Assembly (NCBI GenBank): GCA_965645245.1
Contig: OZ287076.1
Coordinates: 868,001 to 932,000, forward strand
DNA length: 64,000 bases
Source of the DNA: Massalongia carnosa
Lineage: Eukaryota
Direction of reading: 5' to 3'
Shown: piece after piece, positions 12,570 to 25,482 of the stretch
How positions within the stretch are numbered: the first letter of the stretch is position 1
Layout: each line of letters begins with the position of its first letter
Translations under genes and position numbers: made by a program
Notes under the pieces: model-generated
What the model saw: only the letters and a program-made list of their open reading frames with translations
Database searches by the model: none
What the model was told of the DNA's origin: nothing

Positions 12570-14130
12570 ATGGCTCCAAGACGTGGCGGAGGGTCTTCCG
12601 GGGGAGATGGATCGGGGGGCTCGAGTTCCCTGTCAAACTCCCCATTTGGCCAGAAGCAGCAACTGTATGGAAATCATTTTCATAGTCTAAATGTCAAAGC
12701 AGTCATCATCATTTTGGGGATTTGCTTTGTGGCAACTTGTGGCGTTGCGATCTGGGCGCTGGCATTAGCTACGAAGGGCATGAGAAAATTCCTTCGATGG
12801 TGGATCCTTGAATTTTCGATCATCATGTCAATCATGTAAGTATCACCCTATCTGTCACCCGAGTATCAAAAGATGCACAGAACTGACCTTGTTATTACCA
12901 CCAGATTTGTAGGCAATGAGTTTGCGCGCCAAGTTTTGTATGATCAGGAAGCCACTGTCCAAGTGGTGTACTTTCTCATTGCAGGCATCCTTTACAGCTC
13001 CTCCTACCTTGCAGATATCTCGCTCCTTGGTATCGTGTACCTTGCTCTAGCTTCCTGTCTTCCGGGGCTCGGGCTCAAGCCAGCGTTTCAGACCGTGTTC
13101 AAAGTCTCATCGCTGATTATCATCAATATCCTGATCGCATTCTGGGCCACCTTGTTAGCCCTGGCTATTCAGTACGAGGTTAATAATGTCATCGCTCCTT
13201 GGAAAACGGACCTCGACAGTGGATATCAGAGCAGACATGTCCGACAGAAGCTGAATGTCGCGAATGATACGGTGTTCCTACTTGCCTCGGTTGAGATACT
13301 TGTTTTGGCTGTGTGGATTTCTCATACTGCGCGAAAGAATAGAAACCCGAGTTTTGTATGTAACTCATCCGCCTTCGAAATGAAGCATCAAAGCTAACAG
13401 TAATGAGATTGGTGCCTTCTTAATTTTCTTGGTCGCAGTACCACAACTCATCCGAGCATTGTTTTACCTTGGATATGATGCGTCGAGTCTAACTCGCTAT
13501 ATTTCTAACGATGCTGTTGTGGCCTATCAATTCTTCACCAGGATCCCAACCGTTGTCAATTACGTGGGCATCATTCTCGTGGCTCTGCGCCTCAAGAAAG
13601 AACTACTACCAGAAACTGGAGACCCGCTGAAAAGTGGTCAGCCACAATTGAGCGCGGGCACATGGGAAAATCCAGCGCTAAACCAGCACCAAAACGATAC
13701 GATTCCAAATCCTCTGTACGACGACGCATATGCGCATCTAAATTTGGTTCATGGCAATAGCATAGCGCTACCTACTGCACCCTCTAGCAACCTTCCAGAT
13801 GATGCTTTACAGCACAGGTATCAGCAGAACCCATACCCTGGGAATGGATACCCGCAGTATGGGCACTCAGAGAACGGCTTTTCCGAACCCACACCTCCCC
13901 AAAACGTGTCCGTGGAATATGGAAACCCTCGCTATAGCAACATTCCATCCCCAGCCCAAAACGGCACGCCCACTGCATGGCAAATGCAAAACCAATATAA
14001 TCACCGGCAGCAGCATCGCCCTGTCTCCCTCGTCCTGCGAGAAACCAGCCCTGTCTCGCCCGTTCTGCGAGAAACTAGCCCTTCTCCTGTTGTTATGCTG
14101 ACGACCACCAATGCTCCATCGAGGAATTGA
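12570..14130 (+). CDS. Hypothetical multi-pass membrane protein with Pro/Gln/Tyr-rich C-terminal tail
   Basis: Three ORFs joined by introns 12836-12904 and 13356-13407. About 6-7 hydrophobic segments. Gly/Ser-rich N-terminus MAPRRGGGSSGG. Confidence 0.7.
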
Positions 14131-14402
14131 ACTCATGCTAACATTTAAGGGGATGAATAGGGACTGAAAATATCAGCTCCTGAAGTATTCCTTACTTTTG
14201 AACTATTTTTGAAACTAGTTGCGTCAAACCAGGGTGTGAGCGTATACCTATGGATAAAAACTTACAATATCGAGCGGGAGATTCTTTGATTTGCAAATAT
14301 CACTTTCTTTCACCCGTTATGAAAACCAATAAGTTGGCTACAGGTATTGTCTCGCAAAACATGATTGTTGGAGTAATTCGGCTAAGGCGAAAGGTAATGC
14401 CG

Positions 14403-14508
14403 GGACCGAGTAGAGGCAGGCCGCGAAACAGCCGACGAAGGCTGAAGGCCGTGGATAGCCGAAGGACCGAGTGGAGGCAGGCCGCGAACAGCCGACGAAG
14501 GCCGAAGG
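14403..14508 (+). repeat. Imperfect ~46-bp direct repeat in a possible LTR-like relic
   Basis: GGACCGAGTRGAGGCAGGCCGCGAA(A)CAGCCGACGAAGGCYGAAGG at 14403 and 14464. Confidence 0.75.
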
Positions 14509-15580
14509 ACAAAGGAGGATGATGTCCAAAATAGTTGGACAAGCAAGGGAGAGAAAGGGCATAAATAGGTGGCCTTTTGGCACTCTTCTCCTCATCATCA
14601 CCATTGATTCGGAGTTCAGCACCAAAAGGTCTTTTGCCCACCCACCCACTCCCTGAATCAGCCGCATAGGTAGATGGAGTTTTTCCCCTCACTGCGGCCA
14701 AAACAAACCATTATAGGAGGGGCCCTCAGCAAAACTGAGCGCCAGCAGGGCAGCAGCGAGGGGAGAGTTGCCCAAATATAGATAGAAATTATGTATATGT
14801 TCAGCTGACACGATGGAGCCCGCGAATTACTATCCATTTGGCCATCTATGCTAGGATTGACCTGTTAGACTTTCATTTATCCCCCTTCACCACTTCATCC
14901 TTCCAACACCTCTTCTCTCCACCCATCATTTTTTTTATCTTCAAAAGTAGCTTTTTGTTAGGCTACTGGCCTGGCCCCATTTTTTCTAAAAAAAAATGAA
15001 AATGAAAAGTTAAAGAAAGACCATAACTAAAGCTGGCTTTTCCCGGTTCTTTATCTCCCCCGAAACTCGTAAACTTATCCAGGTGACGTTAGGAGGCGGT
15101 ACTAGATTTCCGCAGTTATATCCAAAAACTGTGATAGCCATCACCAAATTGAGGCAGTCGATGTACTTTACTCTCCATTCCCCCCCCTCTTATCCAAACC
15201 ACATTCTTTGGACGCCCTAGCTCTGCTGAACATTTGCCTTGTGTCTCTCTTGTGACTCTGAAACGATGTAAATATCAACCAATCGAACGGCGAGCCGGTG
15301 AAGGCGGCGGCGGCGGCTTGCTCATATATGGGTAGTTAGCAATCTGCAGGCTAGGAGGCAGAATTTTCTTGTTTCAACCCTTTTGCATTGAAACTCTTCA
15401 ACTCTCCCTGAATCTCCCTCCTTGCCCGTACAGAATAGGTAAGACTTGAGATGCTTGGCGTAGGAGAGCTAGAAAATGTACTTTTCATTCGAGCTTTTCG
15501 TTAAGCTTTGGCAAGGGGTGTCGACGCTTTTGCCAACCTTTCAAACGCCCTCAAGCTCAATTCTGAAAAAAGAAAGACCG

Positions 15581-16526
15581 ATGTTTTTCAAACGATGAAT
15601 TTGTTCATTATTGTTCACGCTCCTCCTCTCAATACCAGATATCCACGGGTCAGCGTGCCCATTAAGATTACATGACTCGATAACCTCGGACTCCTCTTCG
15701 CTGGCATGATTTGCGCAAGTAGCCTGCGCATGCTCCTAGGGGTTCCATAAAGTCAAGCTACTACCGCCTGAGAGGTTTCTTATCCAATGCGCTACTCTGG
15801 ACCGATTGGCGCTCACTTACCTGATCCATCGGACAGAGAGATGGTGTAATATCTCCACTGTGTTTAAGACCTGGAGTACATTGGTAAAATCACTTTTGAA
15901 GGGAGCCTTGCTGAAGAAGAACTGATTAGGGTGAGATTGACAACGACGTTGCAACCAGAAGTCCACATCCAGGGCTTTCTGCAACACATCATTGAGATTT
16001 ACCACAGCAGCTGGCGCCACAAAGACAGCCCCTGGGGACTACAAAGCCGCTACCGACAACTTCCAAGGCAGTCGGAAGACCTACTGAGACGAATTGGATC
16101 CGAGTCCGAGTGTGGGCTCGTCTACGACGACTGACTCGTGGACATGTCTCTGTACTACGTCAGAATCTGCATCAATCTGGAGCAGCACTGGCAAGACGGG
16201 GGCGAACAAATTGCACCGCGATGAAAATTGGCGGAGGCACCTGTGGCAGTATTGGGCGCAGCTCTGTTGCTCCAGAGCTACGATCTATCATCTTCAAGGG
16301 CGAGAGGCTGAGCGGGATTGAGGATCTCGAGCGCGCAACTGGAACATATCCCGCGAACGGCGACCGCTTACGCACATATGGCGAACGCGCTGTCCCGGGC
16401 TATTATGAGTTTGGGGACAGTGATCGGTTGAGGCGGGTCGCGATGTGGCTGAATCGGAGGGAGGCTTTTGGGTGTTTTACAGCCGTTGAGGGCGTGGGGA
16501 TGGGACCTAGTTGCTGGGATTGGTAG
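15581..16526 (+). pseudogene. Probable decayed gene of unknown family, possibly once secreted
   Basis: Signal-peptide-like ICSLLFTLLLSIP near 15600, then a long protein-like frame broken by TAA/TGA stops and a frame change. Confidence 0.3.
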
Positions 16527-17512
16527 GATGTTGGATTTTGTGCTACGAGGCAATACAATAGCAGATTTAGCACTCGAATAAGGTTCATGGCCGAGAAGCT
16601 CAATCATCTGCCCCAGAGGAGTTTTGCAAGATAGGTAAGGTCGTGGAAGAACGAAATCCCATCTTCCAAAACCTGCCCATAACTTGGTTTAGTGGCTAGG
16701 GAACTGGCCACCGACCCATATCCAGGCGATATCCTTTGCGAGACTGAATAGCACGTACTTCCTTCGCTGTTAGCTGTGAGGGATTCTTCACAACCCTTTT
16801 ATTAATTAGTAGCCTTGAGCAGGAATAGCGAGCAAGGATCCAAGGAAAATAAGTTTTGGGGACTTGATCTGGAAAATTGGTGTTCTTTCAACTCCCACGT
16901 TTCGAAAACTTCTATCGGTGGGAAGGGAGAAGGTGGAAAGAATGAAGGATATGATGCTTGATGCTGACCGCAACACCCCTCTACAAGTATGAGAATAAGG
17001 GAGATAAACGATAACCCTTTCCTTCCATTCTCGGAAAGCAACACCCAAACCAGGGTCTACGTTCTTCCATTCATGCAATTCATAGACCCACGCTGCGTTA
17101 CAAAATAGTCCCAAAAGTGGTAGGAAAGTCGCGGTGTGATTGCTTCAGCTCAGTATTTCTGCCATTCTTACTCCAACGATTTGAACAGAGTTTGAAAGAA
17201 ACCTCCATGAAATAAGCCCCCAGCTGATGCCTTCACGCCTTCCCGAAAAGAGTGCCACATGAAAACGCCCCTGCAGATGCGAATTTATGTGTCGATATGC
17301 CCCTGTCGCTGATCTATGTGGAAAAGGCAAAATTGGTAGAGATAGAAATACAGTGGGGAGTAGTTGGAAAATATGTAGGAACAAGGAGACCGTGGAGCCT
17401 TGAGGATGAAGTTGTAAAGTCGGTTAGCTCTAATTTCTTTGCGTGGCCTCTGCTCTTTCCTTCAAGTTGGGCGAATGTCGAAAGAGGGAATATCAAGAGA
17501 TGAAATTGGGGT

Positions 17513-18865
17513 TCAATTGTCCCACTCCTCGTCCAGCTGGTCAATAAGACGGTTTTCATCTTCGGCTCGGGAACTGCGGCTGCGGGTGTGGGTAGGAAGT
17601 TGATTGTAACCTTGGCGCCGAGGGAGGAGGCGGGCACAGGAGGAGGTGACGATGATTAAGATATCCTAAAAGGGGGTTAATGAGGTTAGTTTGTACCGGT
17701 GTTGTTGAAGCATAGGGTATATTCTTAGATAGGACATGGAGAAAGGGGGGATCAGGGGGGGAGATCATTGTCAGGAATTATAGGCTGCAGGAAGGCTGAG
17801 AGTAATATGCTTCATAGGTGATACTTGGGCGCGAACATAGGACGGGTACGCACATAGAGAAAGTTGCCTATCCCAGCCCAGGTGCTGTAATTCGGTAGTT
17901 GTCTCCAGCCACGTTGATGCATGACAGTTCTCTGGTATGCAACGCCACCAATCACGTAGACTGCTGCCGCAATCAATGCTCTTCAATCGTTGTCAGCATC
18001 GGAGTCAGGAGTTTCCAAGCTCTTTATCATGGGCGATACACATACATGACTCCAAAGACCCCCCCAGGCCCTAATGATTGTTGGGTCTCGTTCACGCCCC
18101 CGCATGCAGCCATCGCTTTTGCTTCAAAGAAGTAGGTGCATTCGTCTTCGCTAGCACCCACAAAAGACAGGTGTGCTCTTGGAGCTAGAGAATCCCGCTC
18201 GCAAAGGAAGGAGATGATAGTCGATTTTCGTCGCCGTTTATCCTTTTTGTCGTTACTATCATGCTCCTTGTCATCGTTCTCTTTCTTGTGATCATCATCT
18301 TTGTCAGCTCTTTTCTCGTGTTCTGTGGGGTTGATGAGACTTCGTGGGGATTTTGTAAGCTGTTCATCGCAGGGAGATCCCCCGGTGTAGTTGAGAACTA
18401 GCTTGCGCCCTCGGAAGACGGGGGTTGATGACTGTTGTCTATAGAAGAAAGTTCAATCAGACTCTGCAGCTTGTCGAGAATATATACAAGAATGTCCTCC
18501 AACCCTCTCCGTTGAACTCACCCTATGGAGTAATATCTATCATCGTGTTTATAGAATGCGCTGACGTTCTTCCATAACGGCTCGGGCACCTCGTGAACAT
18601 TCGGTAAATCCTCAACGACCGGCCCGCAGAAATTCAACGTAAAATTCGTCCCATAATCATATCCTCTGGCATGCCAACTCTCTTCTCGTTCATCCTTATG
18701 CGCAGGTTTGTTGTCAACCAACGGGTGTACGGCAATGGTGTTCAAATCATAATAGGCTCCAGTGACGGGTGATATTATTGTACATGGCTTTAAAGGATCG
18801 GTATGTGCGGCGACACAAGTTGATGTAAGAAAGATTGAGAGGATGGAGAGGTACGTTGAGCGCAT
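17513..18865 (-). CDS. MRL1: Mannose-6-phosphate-receptor-like vacuolar sorting receptor
   Basis: Signal peptide, SWHARGYDYGTNFTLNFC, PVFRGRKLVLNYTGGSPC, RKSTIISFLCERD, one TM, tail DENRLIDQLDEEWDN*. Three introns. Confidence 0.88.
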
Positions 18866-19189
18866 GATGGCGCTGGGCGTAACTAGTAACATCAGATACA
18901 GAGTAACTGTAATGGCTTATGTCGATGAAATGGAAGGTTTGTGAACAGCCTTCTAATTCCAGCTTTGGGCTAACATGTTCCAACGGGGAACTTGTCCTCT
19001 GCCCCTACACAGAAAGAGTTTAGTGCCTTTACGAATATTTTGCTAGTCTTCATCGGGATAGTTAGTTGGCGGATGGTCGGACTGAATTCCGAAGCCCCGA
19101 TCATCTTCGGCGGAAAATGGAGATTCTACGGAGCGCTTCATTCAAAACGAATCGTTACTTGCTGAAACCGGTTTTAATTGTTGCAGAGG

Positions 19190-20730
19190 ATGTCGAAAGG
19201 TGAACGAAAACCAGTGCTACCTAAATCAACGCAGGGTTATGAATTTGGGGGTCCGTATGTATATGACATCGAAAGTCGGAAGAAAGGATGTCTAATAGAA
19301 AGACAGACTCGGAGCGCTCGCAATTACGTTGGGTCTACCAATAGTATGCTATCTTGCAAACTTCCTCTGTAATGATGTATCGGGCTGTCCCATTCCATCA
19401 GCTTTACATCCCACAAGCCTTACGCTCGCAAAATTAAAACAGGAGACAGGATGGCCGGCAAATGGTGTACGTGGGCTTGCGAGCTTTAAAGCCACTGCTT
19501 TCATGCTAGCATACTATGCTTTCAGCTTGATTCTCCAAACAGGACTTCCGGGTGAAGAAGTTCAAGGCACAGAGCTCCGCTCGGGCGGAAAATTGAACTA
19601 CAAGTTCAATGGTAAGCTCTATTATAGTTTACCACATGACCCTTGATTAACAGCCGGTAGCCTTCAGCTCTGCAGTAACAGTCATCCTAATAGCACTTTT
19701 TGGTACCATTTTCCAGGGATCAGAGTTTGTCCTTTGGACTTTCATCTATGACAATTACACGCAACTCATTACCGCTAACCTTGGAATTGCTTTTGTTCTT
19801 TCGATATTTGTATATATTCGCAGCTTTTCAGTGAAAGCTGGAAACCCCCATAAGCGCGAGCTAGCTGCTGGAGGGCACTCTGGTAATCTTATCTATGATT
19901 TCTTTATCGGCCGTGAGCTCAATCCTCGGATTGATATACCTTTGATTGGAATGATTGATATCAAGGCCTTCTGCGAGCTTAGGCCAGGAATGCTGGGATG
20001 GGTGCTTCTTGATCTCGCGTTTGTTACTCATCAATACAAGCTTCATGGCTATGTCAGTGACAGTATCGTCTTTATCACAGCATTCCAGGCGTTATATGTG
20101 TTCGATGCATTATGGATGGAGCCTGCAATATTGACAACAATGGACATTACAAACGACGGTTTTGGCTTCATGCTCGCATTCGGGGATCTGGTTTGGCTTC
20201 CATTTATATACTCGCTGCAAGCACGTTACCTTGCAACATACCCTGTTAACCTTGGTGCTGGTGGGGTAATTGGCATATTAGCCGTCCAAGGACTTGGCTA
20301 CTACATATTCCGAAGTGCAAACAACGAGAAGAACCGGTTCCGAACGGATCCTAAGGATCCTAGAGTTGCTCACCTGGAGTATATGGAAACGGCTCCGGGA
20401 AGCAAGTTGTTGACCTCTGGCTGGTGGGGTACTGCACGCCATATCAACTACTTGGGCGACTGGATTATGGCATGGTCGTACTGCCTGCCGACTGGCATTG
20501 CTGGATACTTGATTGAGCACAGCTCACCTTTGGCAACAAAGACCAATGTTGTACAGGGTGAAGCACGAGGATGGGGAATGGCTATTACGTATTTTTATGT
20601 AGTGTATTTTGCAATCCTCTTGATTCACCGGGAGATGAGGGACGAAGAAAAGTGTGCGAGAAAGTACGGGAAGAGCTGGGAGGTGTATAAGAAAAGGGTG
20701 CCATGGCGGATTCTGCCAGGTATCTATTAG
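19190..20730 (+). CDS. ERG24: Delta14-sterol (C-14) reductase, ERG4/ERG24 family
   Basis: Motifs YEFGGP, YDFFIGRELNPR, DITNDGFGFMLAFGDLVWLPF, LLTSGWWGTARHINYLGDW and HREMRDEEKCARKYG. Two introns. Confidence 0.93.
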
Positions 20731-23075
20731 CAGAGAAAGTGCACAAACCCAAGCATGAAGAACCTCTCTCTCTCTCATCGACATGAACTATGAGACATGC
20801 TTGAAACACTGTCTTCGTTTGCTGCAGGATCTCTGCCGGTTTCTAGGGTAGTTAAAGGTCGTGTTGTGACTCATTGTTTAGCGTGATATGTGTGATGAGT
20901 TCCCAAAACGTGCAGAAGTGACCCTGATGCACAGATTTCGACACTGAAACATCTCATAATGTTTCATAACGTGTATAGGCTTGCTCATCACCTCACATTA
21001 GATATGCGTCCATCAAAATCCAAACGCGTCCTTCAATTCACGCGATTTTTCCTTTTTTGTTGCGTACGATTGCCGCGTTGTGAGGCGAGACAGACGCGCA
21101 TGATCCCTGTCGAGCTGAAAAATCCTGCATGTCCTATGGCCTTGTGAAAGGGCATTGCGTCATAGGTAAGCACCATAAGTGCTAAGAAAACCTGAAAAGG
21201 TCGAATGGATTATGGACGGAAGAGGATCATATGTCTGAATGCAATGGTCATGGGATAACGCTGATTGATTCCCTGCCTGTTACCTTCTGCCTTCGCAGCA
21301 GGCGAGCCACTTTCAGAACAATCTGGCGCCTTCCATGCTTGCGACTGGTTCAGACTAACTCATTTGAGCTGCGGCCATCGGCTGACCGAGAATTTCTGCC
21401 TTATCTTGCTATTTTTAGATTTTAGATTGTGGCGATTCGTCGTTCTCGGCGATCTCCGACAGATCTGAGGCATCAGCCTCAAATAAATCGGCAGCACATC
21501 GTGTTCAGCATCATTACCCAAAAGTCACCAAGAGTTGACTATCGAATTCAAGAAAGGCTTTTTGAGGTAGAGAAGGTACCATATGGGCGTCTGCTGAGAG
21601 ATTGAAGGAATCACATGATCATATAATCTCAAACAAGCTAGCTGTAAACATATAGCCAATCAGTACCTGTAGCAGGGATAAGACATCAAACTCACCTTCC
21701 ACCTCCATTACCGTCAGCGAATCTAAATCCACAAAACGCCCCAAGCAACTGACACTTTCGCGGACTACCTTACCACTAGCATGGATAACTTTCTACCTGG
21801 GAGGCATTGAGTGGTCATGAGTCCATCTCAGCATCATGGCCTGGCACCTTTCCAAATTGAACGGAGAACCCCAAACGGGATGGAGTCCCTTGATTCCGAG
21901 GTGGAGCTGAATATTACGCTATTTTGCTCCGGCTACATGCGCCTCGAGTTCATCTGTATGTTTTGGGGGTCACGTCCGCCACGTTCAATATGCCGAAGCC
22001 AGGAGACCGATAGCGGCATGGCATGCTAGAAATGACGCATGTTGTATCCATTCGCGTGCACACGGGCGATGCAAGTCTGCAAGTCACTTCATCGGACACC
22101 CCGCGCTTGATGTGCTTCTACGTACATACCGAACACAGTCGTGCTCTGGTAATACTACACGATCGAAGAGCCAGGAAAAAATATTAGGTACGATGTCATG
22201 GATGTTATTCAATTTCCTCGATCTGCCTCTAATGCAGATCGTTGTGGGGTATAAGTAGTTTACGTCTTCGTAGTGGTTACAAAGGTTGGGTGCAATCTCA
22301 ACGATAATTATGAAAGATACTGGTGCAATCTCCAAGTCCACGAACCACGCTGTGTCCGCTGCCGAATGCCACCGCGGATGAAAAGCTGTGCTTCTAGCTG
22401 CATGCACGAATCCTGCATGTTGGGGCTGTACATCACGAGAAGCTTTGGTCCAGCCTGGCGGTCTTTCTTTTACCGAGGCGACTGTCAAAAACAAGCCGAG
22501 GACTACTACACGCAAAAGGCAAGGAAACGATACCAACTAATACGTCTTGCAAGTCGTGGTGATTACATGGATAAAATACGGGAATACCTACTTTGTACGG
22601 AGTATAGAGTTCTGTATACCACCTAACGATCGTGGGGAGCAGGACTAAGTGGGTTAATACAAAACTATGCATACGGAATTACGAAGCAAAAGTTGTGAAT
22701 CCTAGTCTTCCGTCAAAACTTTGCAGACGGCCTGTTTCAAAACTAACGAAACTAGTACTTAAAATGGGATATTTCAAACCTTCGACTACGCTTGCCTGCT
22801 GGATCGTGCGCTGATATAAGATAAGGCGACCCCCCGCCTACAGACGAATGTTTCCACACCACCATTCCGGTGCATCGTCGCCAACTCTTTTACCACTCCG
22901 ACTTTCTTCCATGTCTTTGTTGCGCTGAATAATTCTACATTGTTGGTTCACCAGTTAATTTCTTCGTTCCTATTACTATTATTTCCTTATTATCTCCTCA
23001 CTTATAAATCCATACCCACTCCATGTCCTGTTGGCTCTATCCACATCGGATTTGATATTAAACAACACCTTCACA

Positions 23076-24113
23076 ATGCCGACGATACTCTTACCTGCTT
23101 CAGCAGCTGCTTTTGCACCTCGAGCTACTCCAAATATCGTCCTGAACACCAAGGTAGATCCATGGTTGACAGCTACTTTGAAGAGAATAAACCGAATAAA
23201 GCGACCGTTGAACAGCGTACCGCAACATTTTCGGTGCCTGACCGAAACACTCTCAGCTCCGTCAGCCATTTGGACCTTATGCTCTGTCATGCTACCCAAG
23301 GCGCCCGACTCGGAACTTCGGAAGGATGCGAATCCATTGATTGAGGCTTTGTTCAACTACCAACTTCTTTACATAGAGGCTTATGTGGTCCATGTTGACA
23401 TGGTATCGCAGAATGAGGTTGCCTTCAAGCTTACGCCCGAGACCATCGAGTCTCTGGTAGAGTATCACAAGGACGTTCACTCGGTAGATACGTCTGCAAG
23501 CACGTGGAACTGGTCAGAGAAGGAAGTTCAGCTTAAGAAGTTGCAGGAAGACTTCGTGCAAGCCGCGAACCGATTTGTCTATCGTACCAGTGCAACCGCT
23601 CTGGAAGGACTGGAAGAAGATGGTGCTGGTGAGCTGCTGTGCGGGCGAAGTGAAGAGGTGAAAGCGGCCATCATGGGCTTGTTCCTACCTCTTCTGCCAC
23701 CCCCACCACGAATTGTTGACGTCGTTCGCCCTACTCCCCTGCTACCGAGTTCGACTGGTGCTGAGAATTGGTGGCAACCTACGTTACCACTTCCTCACTC
23801 TGCTCCAATGGACTCCTGGAAAGTGGTCCCTTCAAGTCCAAGCACCACGTCGTCAGGCGATTCTAGCTCGAGCATCTGGGCGAGTATGAGTCTTAATGAA
23901 CTTCAGCTACCTTCACCCACGCCTTCTTATAGTCAACCATATACTACCGCGCATAGCCCGCCTCAGTACTACAGCGCTCCAATGTCTTCAGCGCCCATAC
24001 CTCAGCTACCTTTACCCAGTATGATGATGCAACAGCAATGTAGCACAAGTGCTGGGTATGGTGGCTTTGGTTGGGAGAATTACCAGAGTTATGCACTTCC
24101 TTATGCGATGTGA
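23076..24113 (+). CDS. Fungal protein of unknown function; globular N-terminal half and Ser/Pro-rich tail
   Basis: Intronless ~345-aa ORF with CACAATG start context and natural composition. Recalled as conserved in Pezizomycotina, not verified. Confidence 0.8.
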   Translation: MPTILLPASAAAFAPRATPNIVLNTKVDPWLTATLKRINRIKRPLNSVPQHFRCLTETLSAPSAIWTLCSVMLPKAPDSELRKDANPLIEALFNYQLLYIEAYVVHVDMVSQNEVAFKLTPETIESLVEYHKDVHSVDTSASTWNWSEKEVQLKKLQEDFVQAANRFVYRTSATALEGLEEDGAGELLCGRSEEVKAAIMGLFLPLLPPPPRIVDVVRPTPLLPSSTGAENWWQPTLPLPHSAPMDSWKVVPSSPSTTSSGDSSSSIWASMSLNELQLPSPTPSYSQPYTTAHSPPQYYSAPMSSAPIPQLPLPSMMMQQQCSTSAGYGGFGWENYQSYALPYAM

Positions 24114-25482
24114 TTGATCACTCCCGACCATCGGTTCTCTTCACAACCTTCGCGGCAAATTATCCTGCACTGGACTGTTAGCAGCGGTACTATAAAGGAA
24201 CAACCCTCGGACGAGCCACGACTCTAAACGCCTCAATCCGATACCATCATGGACAGGCGTTATCATGAATTTCTCGACACGGAACTGGAGCTGGATACCC
24301 CACCTTGATCTGCTTTTGTGTTTTCCTGCGTCATTTAAGCGAGCGTTGCTGTAACTTTTATTGTTTTCGTACAATCTTTTTCTCGGCTGGCCCACATAAA
24401 CAAACGAAGTTTTTATCGTACGGCCGGCCCTTGGGAGGTTCACAAGTCATGCATTAAACAAGAAGGTGGTAGCCTCACGGCAGTGGAGAGGGTGGATCAC
24501 TTGTTGTTTTGGCCTCTCTTTCCGGTATATTCTGTCCTTGGACGGGAAAGAGTCGCCGGAGAGGTTTCGGCTAGCCCGTACTCACGGTTACTGTACACCT
24601 GTCCGTTCATCCATTCTGGTACTGTGTACTAGCTGGCACCTATGGGTGGTGGAGGACGACAATACTCCAACAGAGATTTGCGGCATCAGGTTTGTTGGTA
24701 TAATGTTTTATTGTCATCTGTATTGCCGTTGATGCAACACCAAGAAGGGGCTCGGCAGAGCGCGCATCGATGCTTCCGTCCGTGACGGAACTCGAGGGAG
24801 GATCAGTGGTCTTCTTTGTGGTCTATGGGGCCTTGGACTGGTTGAAGCTGGCGGCGTGCGGATGTAGTACGAGGATCATCTCCTTACTCAGGACTGGCTC
24901 CCGGGAAGCTTCCCAATTGATGTGAGGAAGCGGATGCTGGTTGCGCGTGCTCTTTACATAGGATAATAATGACCGATATGGAATACATAACAGACTCTTT
25001 TTTGTTGTTTCACCCTTACATTCTCAACTGACAACATGAAGACCGGTGTGAGTTAATACAATTCATACATCGTAGAAATCATAACGTTCAAGCAACCTGC
25101 CGTAAGATCATCGCACGAAAGCAAGTTTTCCCTGCCGATTTCCGCTCCGTCATGATCATCTCGGGGACGGCCACGAGTTCACTTGAAACCCCCACCCACG
25201 TATCAACAACGATCACTTAAAAGGTACAGGGTACCATGCTTTGACGAATACATGAATAAACGAATCTTCGACTCGACATGCTCCTACTCTCGGTCTAAGC
25301 TGGCTTCAGCCATGTAACCTGTTTTTCTCGGCCGTGGGTCACACGTGTTCCTTAATGAGGATTCATGTAACATAAAATTACATCCAAGTGAGAAGCGGCG
25401 CTCAAAAAGTCACCTTTCTCTCACATAGCATGTCGAAAAAACCCTTCGGTGGTAAACCTGCATACTGTTCTCCTTCCACCTG

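Noticed and set aside
20888..20952. C/D snoRNA (GTGATGA...CTGA...CTGA)
   Set aside because: Too short, and I could not recognise an rRNA-complementary guide.
22084..22672. Overlapping ORFs of 150, 117 and 79 aa
   Set aside because: No recognisable motif or splice structure; likely chance ORFs, as are most antisense ORFs in the track.
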